A stretch of DNA of 64,000 bases from Planctomycetota bacterium (GCA_003671275.1 QWPB01000057.1:14788-78787), one strand, 5' to 3'. Shown: positions 17,500-27,339, counted from the first letter of the stretch. A program made the numbers and translations. The notes: generated by a model not told the origin, from the sequence alone.

Positions 17500-19380
17500 T
17501 TAAAGCGGAACTTCGACGCTCTCCACGGGTAGATCCGGAGCAGGCAACACCAGCTCTGGCGGTGCGATCGCATTGACGGGCTGGGTGAACAACATCCGAC
17601 TGCTTTCGTTGGTCCCCTCGGGGCGCAACTCCGTCGGAGTGCGACATTCAATGAGTAATGTTCCGTGCTGCAGGGAAGCGGCATCCGGCATCGGAGTTGC
17701 CGTTTCGTTAGGACTCGTTTCCCACGAATATTTCGGTGTCAGGTTGACCCCTGTTCCCAATCCGATCAGGTAGGCCCGCGAGTTGGCTTGTCGCTGTGAC
17801 AGATCATGTTGTGCCCAGTAATAGTCTCGATGCAATGCCGGGAATCGGGATTGAAGCGGATACCAGGTTTGCGTCAGCACGCGCGTGCGACCCGATCCAC
17901 TCAGGGGAGCGACCACACCGTTGGCCAGAAGATGAAGCTCGGCATCATCCGGGAATCCCGTCCCCAAGCGGACTTGCAGGGAATTCGGCGATACGGGGTC
18001 GGTTGTCACCTGCACGGAGTAATCGCCGGTAACCGTGCGGATCGTCGATTCGTGATAAGAGCAGGAGGAGAACGGCGGGATATCGACCCGCAGGCCGGAC
18101 TGCGGTCGCTGCAACACCGTTGCGCTCCCCGAAAATCCGCTTTGCAGGTCCAGGGTAAACGCCGACCCCTCACCAAATCCCACGAGCGGTCGCTCCCCTC
18201 CCGAGGTCACGAACTGGTTCATGTACAGGTCCAGCATCACCCGCCCATTCCCAAGCGGTCGCGCCACGACCGCCGACTGTAACGACGATTCCTGGCTGTA
18301 ACCCAGGCGGCCAATCTCGGCAAAAAACCAACTGAACAGCACGACTGTTCCCAAGACGAGAGCATAGGTCACCCGATAGTCCCCACGCTTGCGACTATAG
18401 AGCCAGATCCCCGGAAACAGAATTAGCAGATACAGTATCGACAACACAAAAATCAGCGACCAGTTGTGATTGGGACGCACCATGTCACGCATCGTGGCCA
18501 ACAGCTGGCTCATGCTGTTGCTTCCATATTGGTTCTGGCTGTTGTCCGGATTGGGTTGCGTCGCCTGAAGGGCCTGGGCCAGTTCGGGAATCTCCAAGGC
18601 ACTGGAGATCATGGAATGCCGGATGACCACTCCCTGTCCGACCGCAAAGCGATCCACCGGAAGATTGAGCTCGTCCAGCGGGGCAGCAAATCCCTGCGTC
18701 GGCTGGTCATCGCGGTTGTTGAGTAGAAACAGTTTCCCGCCCGCCCCCAACCAGTCGCGAAAGGCCTGCCGGCGGGCCTGATCCCACTGGGGAACCTCGT
18801 GCAACACCACCACACCCAGCCCGTTCGTGCCCGGGCCCCCGGACGGAAAATTGGCGGGATCAAAGGACTTGATCTCTTCGATGCGGCGGGAGACATCCAG
18901 CGGAGAGACGAACTGCACCACCTCGGGCGAATGGAGTACGGGTGGCATCTGCGGCAGCTCTTCCCGTTCGCGATTAAACGGCCCCCAGCGTAACTCCCAG
19001 GTCTGATACCCTCCGGGGAGATAGATCACATACTGCACCGTCCGGGTTTCTCCCGCCCCGATATACCAGTCCGCAATGACATTCGGGACATCGTCCAGAC
19101 GCTCACCACCGTTCAAAGCATTCAACGTCAACGGTCCGCTGTACTCGCGGGCCTCGTCATTTCGAATCTCCAACGTACACAGATTAAAAGCATTCTGGTG
19201 GATCGTGTCCGAAAACCCCCAGCGGACCGAACGGATTTCCAGTGCCTGACAACTGGCGGCCCATCCCCACAGCAGCCACCCCAGGAGCAGCAAACGGGCG
19301 ATACCCGCTCGTCCCAGGCATCGGCTGGCACAAACCAGAGCGGGCCGACAGCTTGAAGTAATGTGCGGAATAAACAGCAT
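17500..19380 (-). CDS. Hypothetical membrane protein (626 aa), first gene of the ABC operon
   Basis: N-terminal signal/anchor ARLLLLGWLLWGWAASCQA. Central TM pair (WSLIFVLSILYLLILFPGIWLY, YALVLGTVVLFSWFFAEIG). No family recognised. Confidence 0.6.
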   Translation of the reverse strand: MLFIPHITSSCRPALVCASRCLGRAGIARLLLLGWLLWGWAASCQALEIRSVRWGFSDTIHQNAFNLCTLEIRNDEAREYSGPLTLNALNGGERLDDVPNVIADWYIGAGETRTVQYVIYLPGGYQTWELRWGPFNREREELPQMPPVLHSPEVVQFVSPLDVSRRIEEIKSFDPANFPSGGPGTNGLGVVVLHEVPQWDQARRQAFRDWLGAGGKLFLLNNRDDQPTQGFAAPLDELNLPVDRFAVGQGVVIRHSMISSALEIPELAQALQATQPNPDNSQNQYGSNSMSQLLATMRDMVRPNHNWSLIFVLSILYLLILFPGIWLYSRKRGDYRVTYALVLGTVVLFSWFFAEIGRLGYSQESSLQSAVVARPLGNGRVMLDLYMNQFVTSGGERPLVGFGEGSAFTLDLQSGFSGSATVLQRPQSGLRVDIPPFSSCSYHESTIRTVTGDYSVQVTTDPVSPNSLQVRLGTGFPDDAELHLLANGVVAPLSGSGRTRVLTQTWYPLQSRFPALHRDYYWAQHDLSQRQANSRAYLIGLGTGVNLTPKYSWETSPNETATPMPDAASLQHGTLLIECRTPTELRPEGTNESSRMLFTQPVNAIAPPELVLPAPDLPVESVEVPL

Positions 19381-19647
19381 GACGGATGTGACCTGCGGAT
19401 GGGAATCACTACGCCGGAACGGCTCCTGCCACGAAAAAGATCTCTCCGTCGGGCACCATTTTCTAAGAATATCCAACACGAGGACAACAAGCCACGAACC
19501 CGCACCGGACACCCACGGCTGGTCAGAAAGCTCTTCGGGTAAGTTTGTGCGGTCAGGGGGGGCTTTTTATCGAATGGTCGAACACGGGGCGTCTTTCCCG
19601 GTTGTCGGAACCCGCGGGTTTCAACAGCGGCTCTGGCCAACTTCGTC

Positions 19648-19677
19648 TTGACCTGTTTTTTCGGCGGCTCGTATAAC
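19648..19677 (+). promoter_or_regulatory. Candidate sigma-70-like promoter upstream of the PPIase gene
   Basis: TTGACC, an 18-nt spacer, then TATAAC, about 90 nt upstream of ATG 19769. Pattern match only. Confidence 0.3.
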
Positions 19678-19768
19678 CCCCACGGTTGATCGGCGGAGTC
19701 TGCCGATTGGATCACTCGCCACGGTCGTCGGCGAGCATCGGTTCATCCCCCCACGGAGTGCCAGCATC

Positions 19769-20899
19769 ATGAGTGAAGGGATTCACTCCACGTCCGAGAC
19801 CACACCGGTCTCGCTCTCGCCGTCTCCCGTCTCGGGGCGTCGTTGGGGAACCATACTTGGCGGGACTGCGGCCGTCGGGGTGGGGGCTGTCATCCTCTTT
19901 CAGGTGCTGCGTCCTGAACCAGCCGCTTCGCAGACTGCCGAGAAGCCCCGAGCCCGGACAGCAGCTCCCGCTGCGGCTCCGGCGGCCAATGGCGGAACGG
20001 TGATGGCTCGTGTGAATAACCAGACCATCGGGTATGACGCGGTGGCCAAGGAATGTGTTGACCGGCACGGGACCGAAGTGCTGGACAGCATGATCCACCG
20101 ACTGCTGATTCAGCAGGAATGCGACCGGCAGGGGGTCACGGTTTCCGAGTCCGAGGTCAATGCCGAAGTGGCAACCATCGCCAAGAAATTCAATCTGCAG
20201 GTCGAGCAGTGGTACTCGGTGCTAGGGGCCGAACGGCAGGTCAATCCGGAGCAGTATCGCAAAGACGTGATCTGGCCGATGCTGGCTTTGCGGAAGTTGG
20301 CCGGGATCAAGGCCGAAGCCGAGGTGAGTGAAGAAGACATGCTCAATGCCTTTGAACGGGATTACGGCCCGCGTGTCAAAGTCCGCATGATTCTGGTCCA
20401 GGGGAACGTTCGGCAAGCCGGGGAGATTTGGGAGAAGTGCAAGGCCGCCCCGGACAAATTCGAAGACTTGGCGGCGGAACTGTCCGCTGATCCGCAGACT
20501 CGTCCGCTGGGGGGGGCCATGCCGCCCATCCGCCGGAATGGGGGCCTGCCGAAGATCGAAGAGCAGGCATTTAAGATGAAAGCGGGCGAGATCTCGCCGG
20601 TCATTCCGATCAACGACAACGAACACATGATCCTGAAGTGCGAAGGTCGCACCGAGCAGATCGTGACCAATCCGAAGGATGTCTGGGATGAACTGTACGC
20701 CCAGGTGACGGAAGAGAAGACGCAGATGGCGGTCGCGGAAACGTTTCAGTCGATCCAAAAACAAGCCGAAATTCACAACTACCTGACCCGGACGAGCGTC
20801 ACACCGGAAGGGAAGAAGCCCGCCGGCACACCCGTTCGGCCAGCCAGTGGAACCCGGACCAGGCCCGCTGCCGACGCAGGGAAAGCGGAACTTCCCTGA
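19769..20899 (+). CDS. Membrane-anchored parvulin-type peptidyl-prolyl isomerase (SurA/PrsA-like)
   Basis: TM anchor WGTILGGTAAVGVGAVILF, SurA-N-like region, rotamase block VRMILVQ...ELSADPQTRPLGGAMPPIRR...AFKMKAGEISPVI. Confidence 0.8.
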   Translation: MSEGIHSTSETTPVSLSPSPVSGRRWGTILGGTAAVGVGAVILFQVLRPEPAASQTAEKPRARTAAPAAAPAANGGTVMARVNNQTIGYDAVAKECVDRHGTEVLDSMIHRLLIQQECDRQGVTVSESEVNAEVATIAKKFNLQVEQWYSVLGAERQVNPEQYRKDVIWPMLALRKLAGIKAEAEVSEEDMLNAFERDYGPRVKVRMILVQGNVRQAGEIWEKCKAAPDKFEDLAAELSADPQTRPLGGAMPPIRRNGGLPKIEEQAFKMKAGEISPVIPINDNEHMILKCEGRTEQIVTNPKDVWDELYAQVTEEKTQMAVAETFQSIQKQAEIHNYLTRTSVTPEGKKPAGTPVRPASGTRTRPAADAGKAELP

Positions 20900-21179
20900 C
20901 CGGTTGCGGTTGAGGGATCGTACAGGACAGCGGTGGACTTCTTCGAGATTCCACCGCTGTTTGCATTTCCGGGAATCGCGTTGTCGTCAGCGGTTCGGGT
21001 CTCTCTCCCGAATGTCGTGCTGTTTGGCAGGATTTTCCAACTCTGTGGGCAGCGGGGGACGAGAACTGGTTGACTTTCGACGGGCGTGGAGTAGGTTTCT
21101 GATTGGGAATCTCCCGTCCAGTTCGAGGAAGACTGGAAGTCCGGGGAGACCAGGTTGGCCGCTTCCCCCGCGGTGTTCG

Positions 21180-21746
21180 ATGTCGATCGCGTACTTCAAA
21201 CGATTTCGGATGGAGATGGATCTGCGGCATGCCTTGCCACAGCCGGAGCTGCCACCTGGGTATGCCTGGGCCGGTTGGCATCCATCACTGTGCGACCAGC
21301 ATGCCACGGTAAAATTTCAGAGCTTCCAGGGCGAACCGGATTCCGAGCTGTTTCCCTGTCTGGGACAGCGTGAAGGGTGCCAGTCGCTGATGGCGGATAT
21401 TGCCCGGCACCCGGCATTTGTGCCGCAGGTCACATGGCTGGTCCGGTTTGTCGCCAATGAGTTTACCGGCCCGATCCCCGTCGGCACGATACAAGGGTTA
21501 ATGGCGTCGCGACTGGCGGGGGCGATTCAGAATATCGGCGTCTGCCCGCTACATCGGGGGACGGGCTTGGGGCGGGCCTTGCTGCTGAAGTGTCTGGCGG
21601 GGTTTCAGGCGACTGGCATGCGCCGCGTCGCTCTGGAAGTGACCGCTGACAACGACCGGGCCGTGGGGCTGTACCGCTCGCTCGGGTTCCAGGTCACCAA
21701 GACATCGTACCGGGCGCTCGAACAGCCCGACCTGCTGCCGGTCTGA
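21180..21746 (+). CDS. GNAT-family N-acetyltransferase
   Basis: Start at MSIAYFKRFRMEMDL. Acetyl-CoA-binding motif PLHRGTGLGRALL, then VTADNDRAVGLYRSLGF. Confidence 0.8.
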   Translation: MSIAYFKRFRMEMDLRHALPQPELPPGYAWAGWHPSLCDQHATVKFQSFQGEPDSELFPCLGQREGCQSLMADIARHPAFVPQVTWLVRFVANEFTGPIPVGTIQGLMASRLAGAIQNIGVCPLHRGTGLGRALLLKCLAGFQATGMRRVALEVTADNDRAVGLYRSLGFQVTKTSYRALEQPDLLPV

Positions 21747-21785
21747 CAGCTGGGGCTGATTGCCCAGCCGGGGATCACTCCGTAT

Positions 21786-24700
21786 TCAGTTCCTGGTAAT
21801 CACTTCGTGCAGATTCAGCATGGTCCGGGCCACGCTGGTCCAGGCCGCCAGTTCGACGGGCGACAAATCCCCGGCAACCGGACGGGCCCCCACGCTGAGC
21901 AGCTCTTTGGCGGCATTCGGGTCCGCTCCGAATTCGCTCAGATGGTGCAGCAGCAGCTTCTCCAGCAGCTCGGCTTCCCGCGGATCGATCGGGCGAGAAA
22001 GAGCCCGCTGGCAGGCATAGTTGAGCTTCTCCCGTGTGTCGCCTTGGTGCCGCAGAATCAATTCTGCAAAGGCTCGCGCCGCTTCGACATAGCTCGGGTC
22101 GTTCAGCAGGACGAGCGACTGCAATGGAGTATTGGAACGCGGTCGATCGGCGGTACATTCTTCGCGGCTGGGGGCATCAAACGCGAGCAGGCTGGGGTGG
22201 AGGTATTGCCGCTGCCAGTGGGTGTACAGACCCCGACGATATAACTCGTCGCCCGCTCCGTTCTGCCACTCCCGCTGGGGGAAATTCAGGTAGGCCCAGT
22301 AACCCGGGGGCTGATACGGACGCACGCTCTTGCCACCGATCTGCGTGACGAGCAGTCCACTGATCGACAGGGCGTTATCGCGGACCATCTCAGCCTCCAG
22401 TCGAAAACGGCCCTGCCGGGCCAGCCACCGGTTGTAGGGGTCGGCTTCATTCAATTCGGGCGACGAACGAGAGCTTTGCCGGTACGCCCGCGTCATGACA
22501 ATTGTCTTGACGGTCCGCTTGATATCCCAACCCGTATCCATGAACCGGACTGCCAAGTAGTCGAGCAGTTGGGGATGGCTGGGCCATTCTCCCTGGGCTC
22601 CCAAATCATCCAGCCGCCGCGACAGGCCAGCTCCAAAGAACAACTTACAGAGACGGTTGGTCGTAGCTCGTGCCGTCAGTGGGTTGTCGCGCGCGACCAG
22701 CCACTTCGCGAGATCGAGTCGATTGAGCCGCACGCCTTCCGCAGGCAGCGGAGCGAAGATCTCGGGGAACGCGGGGACGACTTCCTCGCCGGTGTCGTCC
22801 ATCCAGTTGCCACGCTTCAGGACACGGACCATCCGGGGCGGTACCGTCTCGGTCGTGAGCGAGATCGGAATCGTCGCATCGAGTTGCTGACGCGATTTTT
22901 CGAACGCGACCAGTTCCCGCCGATGAGGCTCCAGCAGCGGAGCGATCGAGCGGTAGTGCGTGGCTAACTCGGCTCGCTGGGCTTCGGTGCGATCTGCAGA
23001 AGGGATGGTTAGCAGTTTGGCAATCGCCGGGGGCAGGTCGTTGGCCTTCAGGGGGCGCGGAGCGGTGGTCGCCGACAGACGGAACCGTCCGATCGTGTGC
23101 TGTGGGTTATCGAGGTTTTGAAGAAGTTGGAGAGTCAGCGTGGCCCCCTCTTCCAGTGACAGATCCGCCTTGGTTTCAAAAACGGCGGTTTGGGTCTGAC
23201 CGACTTGTTCCATAATGGCCCAGCCCCAGGTTTTTCCCTGGGCGTCGCCATCGATGGCAGCTGCCACAGCCCATTTCTTGTAGGGATTGGCTTCGGCGGC
23301 ACCGGTCTGTTCATAAGTGGCCGTGGCATTCTGGAGCGGAACCGAGCGCGTCTCGCCCGTGGCGGGCTGGACCGTGGCTACGAACTCGGACAGGACAAAG
23401 TTCCCGTTTCCCGCGCGTCCCGGTCCCTTCTGCGGCAGGGAATCGTCCGGCAACACTTCCAGCCGGAAGGCCGTGACTCCAGCAGGCAGCTGCTTGACGG
23501 TTACGGAATAGGTGTCAGTGGCCGGGTTCTTGTGGCTGGCCAGATAAGATCCATCGTCTTTCACGGTCAGGGTGACTCCCTCTAACGACGTGACAGAGTC
23601 CGGTGTCAGTGGGGTCCAGATCACCTGAGACTGTTCCCATACCGTCTGGGCTGTGGCCAGTTCGGCGGTTTCGGTGGTCAGCACTTGCCGGGTGGCGGCG
23701 ATCTTGGCATCGAGGGCCGCCAGATCAGCTGCCTGCTGCGTGGAGGGGACTTGAATGCTCGGCCCCCAGATTCCGGTCGCGTGGGCTCCCGAGTAGAGCC
23801 CCTGTTCCTTGATGTCCGCGAAGAAGGCCTCAAACCGGTAGAAGTCTTTCGTCGTGAACGGGTCAAACTTGTGGTCGTGACATTCCGCGCAGCCCAGCGT
23901 GACGCCCATCCACGTGCCCGAAGCATTCCGGACCCGCTCGGCAATATACTTGGCCAGATATTCCTTCGGCTGAACGCCCCCTTCGGCACTCATCATGCCC
24001 AGGCGGTTATACCCGCTGGCGATTTTCTGTTCGCGTGTGGCGTTCGGGAGCAGATCCCCTGCGATTTGTTCGATCGTGAATTCGTCGAACTTCTTGTTGT
24101 TGTTGAAGGCTGCAATGACCCACTCCCGGAATGGGGAAACGCTCATTTCCTGGTCCCCGTGGTAACCGACCGTGTCGGCATACCGCACCAGATCGAGCCA
24201 CCAGATCGCCATGCGTTCACCAAACTGTGGGGACGCCAGGAGTTTGTCGACCTGTTTCTCGAAGGCCTCCGGGGAGTTGTCGATCAGGAAGGCCGCAACA
24301 TCCGCTTCCGAGGGCGGCAACCCCGTCAGGTCAAAGTGCAATCGCCGAAGCAGCGTGATCCGGTCGGCCTCGGGAGAAGGCCTCAGGTGTTGGGCAGTTG
24401 CCGATGCGGAGATGATCGCGTCGATCTTTGCCGCAGCTTCCCGGTCCGCCTCCGCCTGGGACTCACCCCGGAGTGGCAGAAACGCCCAATGCCCCTCAAA
24501 GTGGGCTCCCTGTTCGATCCATCTCTTCAGTAGCTCGATATCGCGTGGGCTCAGCGTCTTGCCACTCTTGGGGGGAGGCATCAGCGTGTCCGGATCGGTC
24601 GAAGTGATCCGCCGGAAGAGCTCACTGTCGGCTGGCTTTCCAGCTACGACAGCCCCGCCGCTGTTCGTCCCATGCAGACCGTCCAGGGTATCGAGTCGCA

Positions 24701-24881
24701 GTTCGGCTTCCCGCTTATTTTTGTCGGGCCCGTGGCAGAAGAAGCAGTTGTCCGACAACAATGGACGGATGTCGCGGTTGAACTCAACGACCTCCGGGAG
24801 CGGAGCGGCCGGCTGCTGAGCTTGCACGGTCACGGTCACGACTATCAGAATCGCGGCGATCATCCAGGTGGCAGAGCGCAT
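21786..24881 (-). CDS. PSCyt / DUF1549 / DUF1553 (PSD1) family protein, 1031 aa
   Basis: Signal peptide, planctomycete cytochrome-c-like CFFCHGPDKNKREAELRLD, CAECHDHKFDP, and a DUF1553-type C-terminal region. Confidence 0.9.
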   Translation of the reverse strand: MRSATWMIAAILIVVTVTVQAQQPAAPLPEVVEFNRDIRPLLSDNCFFCHGPDKNKREAELRLDTLDGLHGTNSGGAVVAGKPADSELFRRITSTDPDTLMPPPKSGKTLSPRDIELLKRWIEQGAHFEGHWAFLPLRGESQAEADREAAAKIDAIISASATAQHLRPSPEADRITLLRRLHFDLTGLPPSEADVAAFLIDNSPEAFEKQVDKLLASPQFGERMAIWWLDLVRYADTVGYHGDQEMSVSPFREWVIAAFNNNKKFDEFTIEQIAGDLLPNATREQKIASGYNRLGMMSAEGGVQPKEYLAKYIAERVRNASGTWMGVTLGCAECHDHKFDPFTTKDFYRFEAFFADIKEQGLYSGAHATGIWGPSIQVPSTQQAADLAALDAKIAATRQVLTTETAELATAQTVWEQSQVIWTPLTPDSVTSLEGVTLTVKDDGSYLASHKNPATDTYSVTVKQLPAGVTAFRLEVLPDDSLPQKGPGRAGNGNFVLSEFVATVQPATGETRSVPLQNATATYEQTGAAEANPYKKWAVAAAIDGDAQGKTWGWAIMEQVGQTQTAVFETKADLSLEEGATLTLQLLQNLDNPQHTIGRFRLSATTAPRPLKANDLPPAIAKLLTIPSADRTEAQRAELATHYRSIAPLLEPHRRELVAFEKSRQQLDATIPISLTTETVPPRMVRVLKRGNWMDDTGEEVVPAFPEIFAPLPAEGVRLNRLDLAKWLVARDNPLTARATTNRLCKLFFGAGLSRRLDDLGAQGEWPSHPQLLDYLAVRFMDTGWDIKRTVKTIVMTRAYRQSSRSSPELNEADPYNRWLARQGRFRLEAEMVRDNALSISGLLVTQIGGKSVRPYQPPGYWAYLNFPQREWQNGAGDELYRRGLYTHWQRQYLHPSLLAFDAPSREECTADRPRSNTPLQSLVLLNDPSYVEAARAFAELILRHQGDTREKLNYACQRALSRPIDPREAELLEKLLLHHLSEFGADPNAAKELLSVGARPVAGDLSPVELAAWTSVARTMLNLHEVITRN

Positions 24882-25253
24882 CGGCTTCTCCAGTTGATAT
24901 GCGGCCCCTCCCAGCGGGCGGGTACCCATCAATACGCAATTATCCCACTCTTCGCTGGGATCGGCAACGCAGTCGCCAAAGCCGATTCAAAATCTGTTCT
25001 CCCATCGCACACACAGGGATGTCTGTGCCACTCGATCCGTGGGGCAGGCATCCTGTCTACCGGACCTGTTTCCCAATGAAAAACTGTTCTGGAACAGGAC
25101 CTGTCTGGAGAAAAACGGGACGGAACAAACAACGAAACCGGACGTGACTCGTACTGTCCGGGGCGGGAAGGGTGACAAACGGTGAAGTCTCCATTATCTT
25201 CCTATTTCATGGCCTCACTGGCCAGCCCCCTGCCCGCCCCAAAGATCGAATTC

Positions 25254-25823
25254 ATGGCCCAGATCAATGCCGGTGATTTCCGTAAGGGAATCAAGATCAT
25301 CGTCGAAAGTCAGCCGTTTGAAATGACGGCTGTGGAGTTCGTAAAACCCGGCAAGGGGCAAGCCCTGTATAAGACCCGAATGCGGAACCTCCTCACCGGG
25401 CGGTTTCTTGATGTGACCTACCGCTCAGGAGACAGCCTCGAAGCCGCGGACATCCGCAACGGCGAAGGGAGCTACTCCTACTTCGACGGTACCAACTACA
25501 TTTTCATGGACAATGAGACCTTTGAGCAGGTCGAACTGGCCTCCGAAGTTTGCAGCGACCAGATGGTGTACATCAAGGAGAACACTCCTTGCCAACTCGT
25601 GTTCTGGAATGACAAGCTGATCGGTGTCGTGCCACCCAAGCAGGTGATCCTGGAGATCATCAATACCGAACCCGCTGTCCGCGGCAACACAGCCACCAAC
25701 GTGACCAAGGCGGCCACCGTCGAAACCGGAGCCGAAGTGCAGGTTCCCTCGTTCATCCAGGTCGGCGAAAAGATCAAGATCGACGTGGAAACCAAGTCCT
25801 ACATGGGCCGCGTCAACGAGTAG
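25254..25823 (+). CDS. efp: Elongation factor P
   Basis: MAQINAGDFRKGIKIIVESQPFEMTAVEFVKPGKGQA, including the conserved modified-Lys loop KPGKGQA. 189 aa. Confidence 0.95.
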   Translation: MAQINAGDFRKGIKIIVESQPFEMTAVEFVKPGKGQALYKTRMRNLLTGRFLDVTYRSGDSLEAADIRNGEGSYSYFDGTNYIFMDNETFEQVELASEVCSDQMVYIKENTPCQLVFWNDKLIGVVPPKQVILEIINTEPAVRGNTATNVTKAATVETGAEVQVPSFIQVGEKIKIDVETKSYMGRVNE

Positions 25824-25840
25824 TCTGCGTCACCATGGTC

Positions 25841-25869
25841 GGGGCTCGCGTGACACACTCGCGAGCCCC
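25841..25869 (+). terminator. Strong hairpin immediately after efp (no U-tract)
   Basis: Perfect 10-bp GC-rich stem ggggctcgcg / cgcgagcccc with a 9-nt loop, starting 18 nt after the efp stop. Confidence 0.45.
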
Positions 25870-25909
25870 CAACCGGTCAGCCTGTGGAACTGTGAGGGTC
25901 GAATCTTCG

Positions 25910-26104
25910 ATGATCGAATCTTCCCGGAATGTGATTACACATAACCCGCTCCCAGATGAGGACGCGGCGACAGGCCCAAGCGCAGGGCAATGCACCGTAG
26001 CCTGCCCGGCGTGTGGCAGTGGTCTGATGGAAATTCGGCACAAATTGCAGTGCGTTCGCTGCCATGTGATCGTAGAGACCTGCTGCGAGGGCGGGCGGGG
26101 TTAA
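25910..26104 (+). CDS. Possible small zinc-ribbon protein (64 aa)
   Basis: Paired CxxC motifs (CPAC ... CVRC) plus a C-terminal CC. AGGG lies about 13 nt upstream of ATG 25910. Weak support, no family recognised. Confidence 0.3.
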   Translation: MIESSRNVITHNPLPDEDAATGPSAGQCTVACPACGSGLMEIRHKLQCVRCHVIVETCCEGGRG

Positions 26105-27288
26105 CCACCCGCCAGCGACGACAAGGCAGCCACCAGCCGTTCAATCTCTTCGACAGTATTATACAAGTGGCAGGAAACGCGGAGGTGCATCCGTTCTTTC
26201 CATTCCACAATGGGAATCTCGATCCCGCATTCCGTCGCGAGTCGCGTTTGCCAGCTGTGAGGCGTGCCAGGCTGAGGATGGGATTCACGCGGGATACGGG
26301 GCATTGCCAGCGTCTGCATGCACCCGTACCAGGAGTCGTCCGGGATGATCGGCGTGGCCCCCAGCGATTCGCACAGGCGTTCTCCGGCATATCGGGCGAG
26401 GGCGTGCGTCTGCTGCCGAAACTGGTTCCAGCCGACATCCCCCAGAAACTGGATGGCCTCGGTGACCGCCAGATAACTAGCAGCATCCATTGTGCCCGAC
26501 CAGTGCAATTCGTCCTGCCACCGGGGGGCTCTCCCATTCAGGCTGCGGCCCCAGCTGATGATTGCCGGTTGCAGTCCCGCCTTGTGGCGATTGGCGACGT
26601 ACAGGAAACCACTACCGAACGGAGCGGACAGCCATTTATGCAGACTGGCACAGTAGTAGTCGCAGCCCAGCGTATCAATGGCCAGCGGGCACATGGCAAT
26701 CGCATGCGGACCATCGACACAGACGCGGATTCCCTGGGCTTTGGCGCGAGCACAAATGGCGGCGATGGGCAGGATGATCGCCGTCGGCGAGGTGACGTGA
26801 CTGACGACGATGATTCGTGTGCGGGGGGTGACGCGGTCAAAGAGCGCGTCGATCAGAGCTTCCGGGGTCGACAGTGGATCGGGCAGCCGGGCCAAAACCG
26901 TACGAGCGCCAGTCATCTGACAACGGCGCCCCCAGATGCGGATGACGGCCCCATATTCGTGATCATTGAGCAGGACTTCGTCCCCCGCTTCCAGGGGCAT
27001 GTTGTCGGCCACAATATTCATGGCGACCGTGGCGTTGGGCACAAACGCCAGATTCTCGGCTCGGCCTCCAATGAGTTGGGCCAGATTGCGGGCTGCCGTG
27101 TCGAGGAGCGTTTCCTGGCGCCGGACCAGGAACTCCATGGGATTTCGTTCGAGTTCATCGGTCCACCGTTGGCGGGCCACCCGAACGATCGTTGGCGAGG
27201 GCCCAAACGAACCATGGTTCAGGTACGCGACCTCTGGAGCCAGCTCCCAGGCCGATCGATAATCAACAAGGTCGGGGGGCGTCGGCAT
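26101..27288 (-). CDS. Class V-fold PLP-dependent enzyme (cysteine desulfurase / isopenicillin-N-epimerase-like)
   Basis: YLNHGSFGPSP N-terminal block, PLP-lysine context SLHKWL, 395 aa. Confidence 0.9.
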   Translation of the reverse strand: MPTPPDLVDYRSAWELAPEVAYLNHGSFGPSPTIVRVARQRWTDELERNPMEFLVRRQETLLDTAARNLAQLIGGRAENLAFVPNATVAMNIVADNMPLEAGDEVLLNDHEYGAVIRIWGRRCQMTGARTVLARLPDPLSTPEALIDALFDRVTPRTRIIVVSHVTSPTAIILPIAAICARAKAQGIRVCVDGPHAIAMCPLAIDTLGCDYYCASLHKWLSAPFGSGFLYVANRHKAGLQPAIISWGRSLNGRAPRWQDELHWSGTMDAASYLAVTEAIQFLGDVGWNQFRQQTHALARYAGERLCESLGATPIIPDDSWYGCMQTLAMPRIPRESHPQPGTPHSWQTRLATECGIEIPIVEWKERMHLRVSCHLYNTVEEIERLVAALSSLAGG

Positions 27289-27339
27289 CGGTCGTTCCGA
27301 GAGCCCTGCGGCCCGGCCTGTTCTTCACCAGCGGACGGG

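Noticed and set aside
20847-21179. 111-codon N-terminal extension of the GNAT ORF. Analogous extensions exist for the ORFs at 53963, 41399-42661, 16472-17647 and 11136-11936.
   Set aside because: The extensions are low-complexity R/S/P/G-rich. Conserved family N-termini (MSIAYFKRFRME, MIELWE + TM, MHLWKNVFPAV, MSQPIIEVEKV, MRFDVLTIFPG) begin at internal ATGs.
25084-25097. Palindrome ctgttc-tg-gaacag in the PSD1/efp divergent region, superficially LexA-box-like.
   Set aside because: The spacing (CTGT-N6-ACAG) does not fit the E. coli type LexA box, and the half-site orientation does not fit the Cheo box. A 6+6 palindrome in about 370 nt is not statistically unusual.
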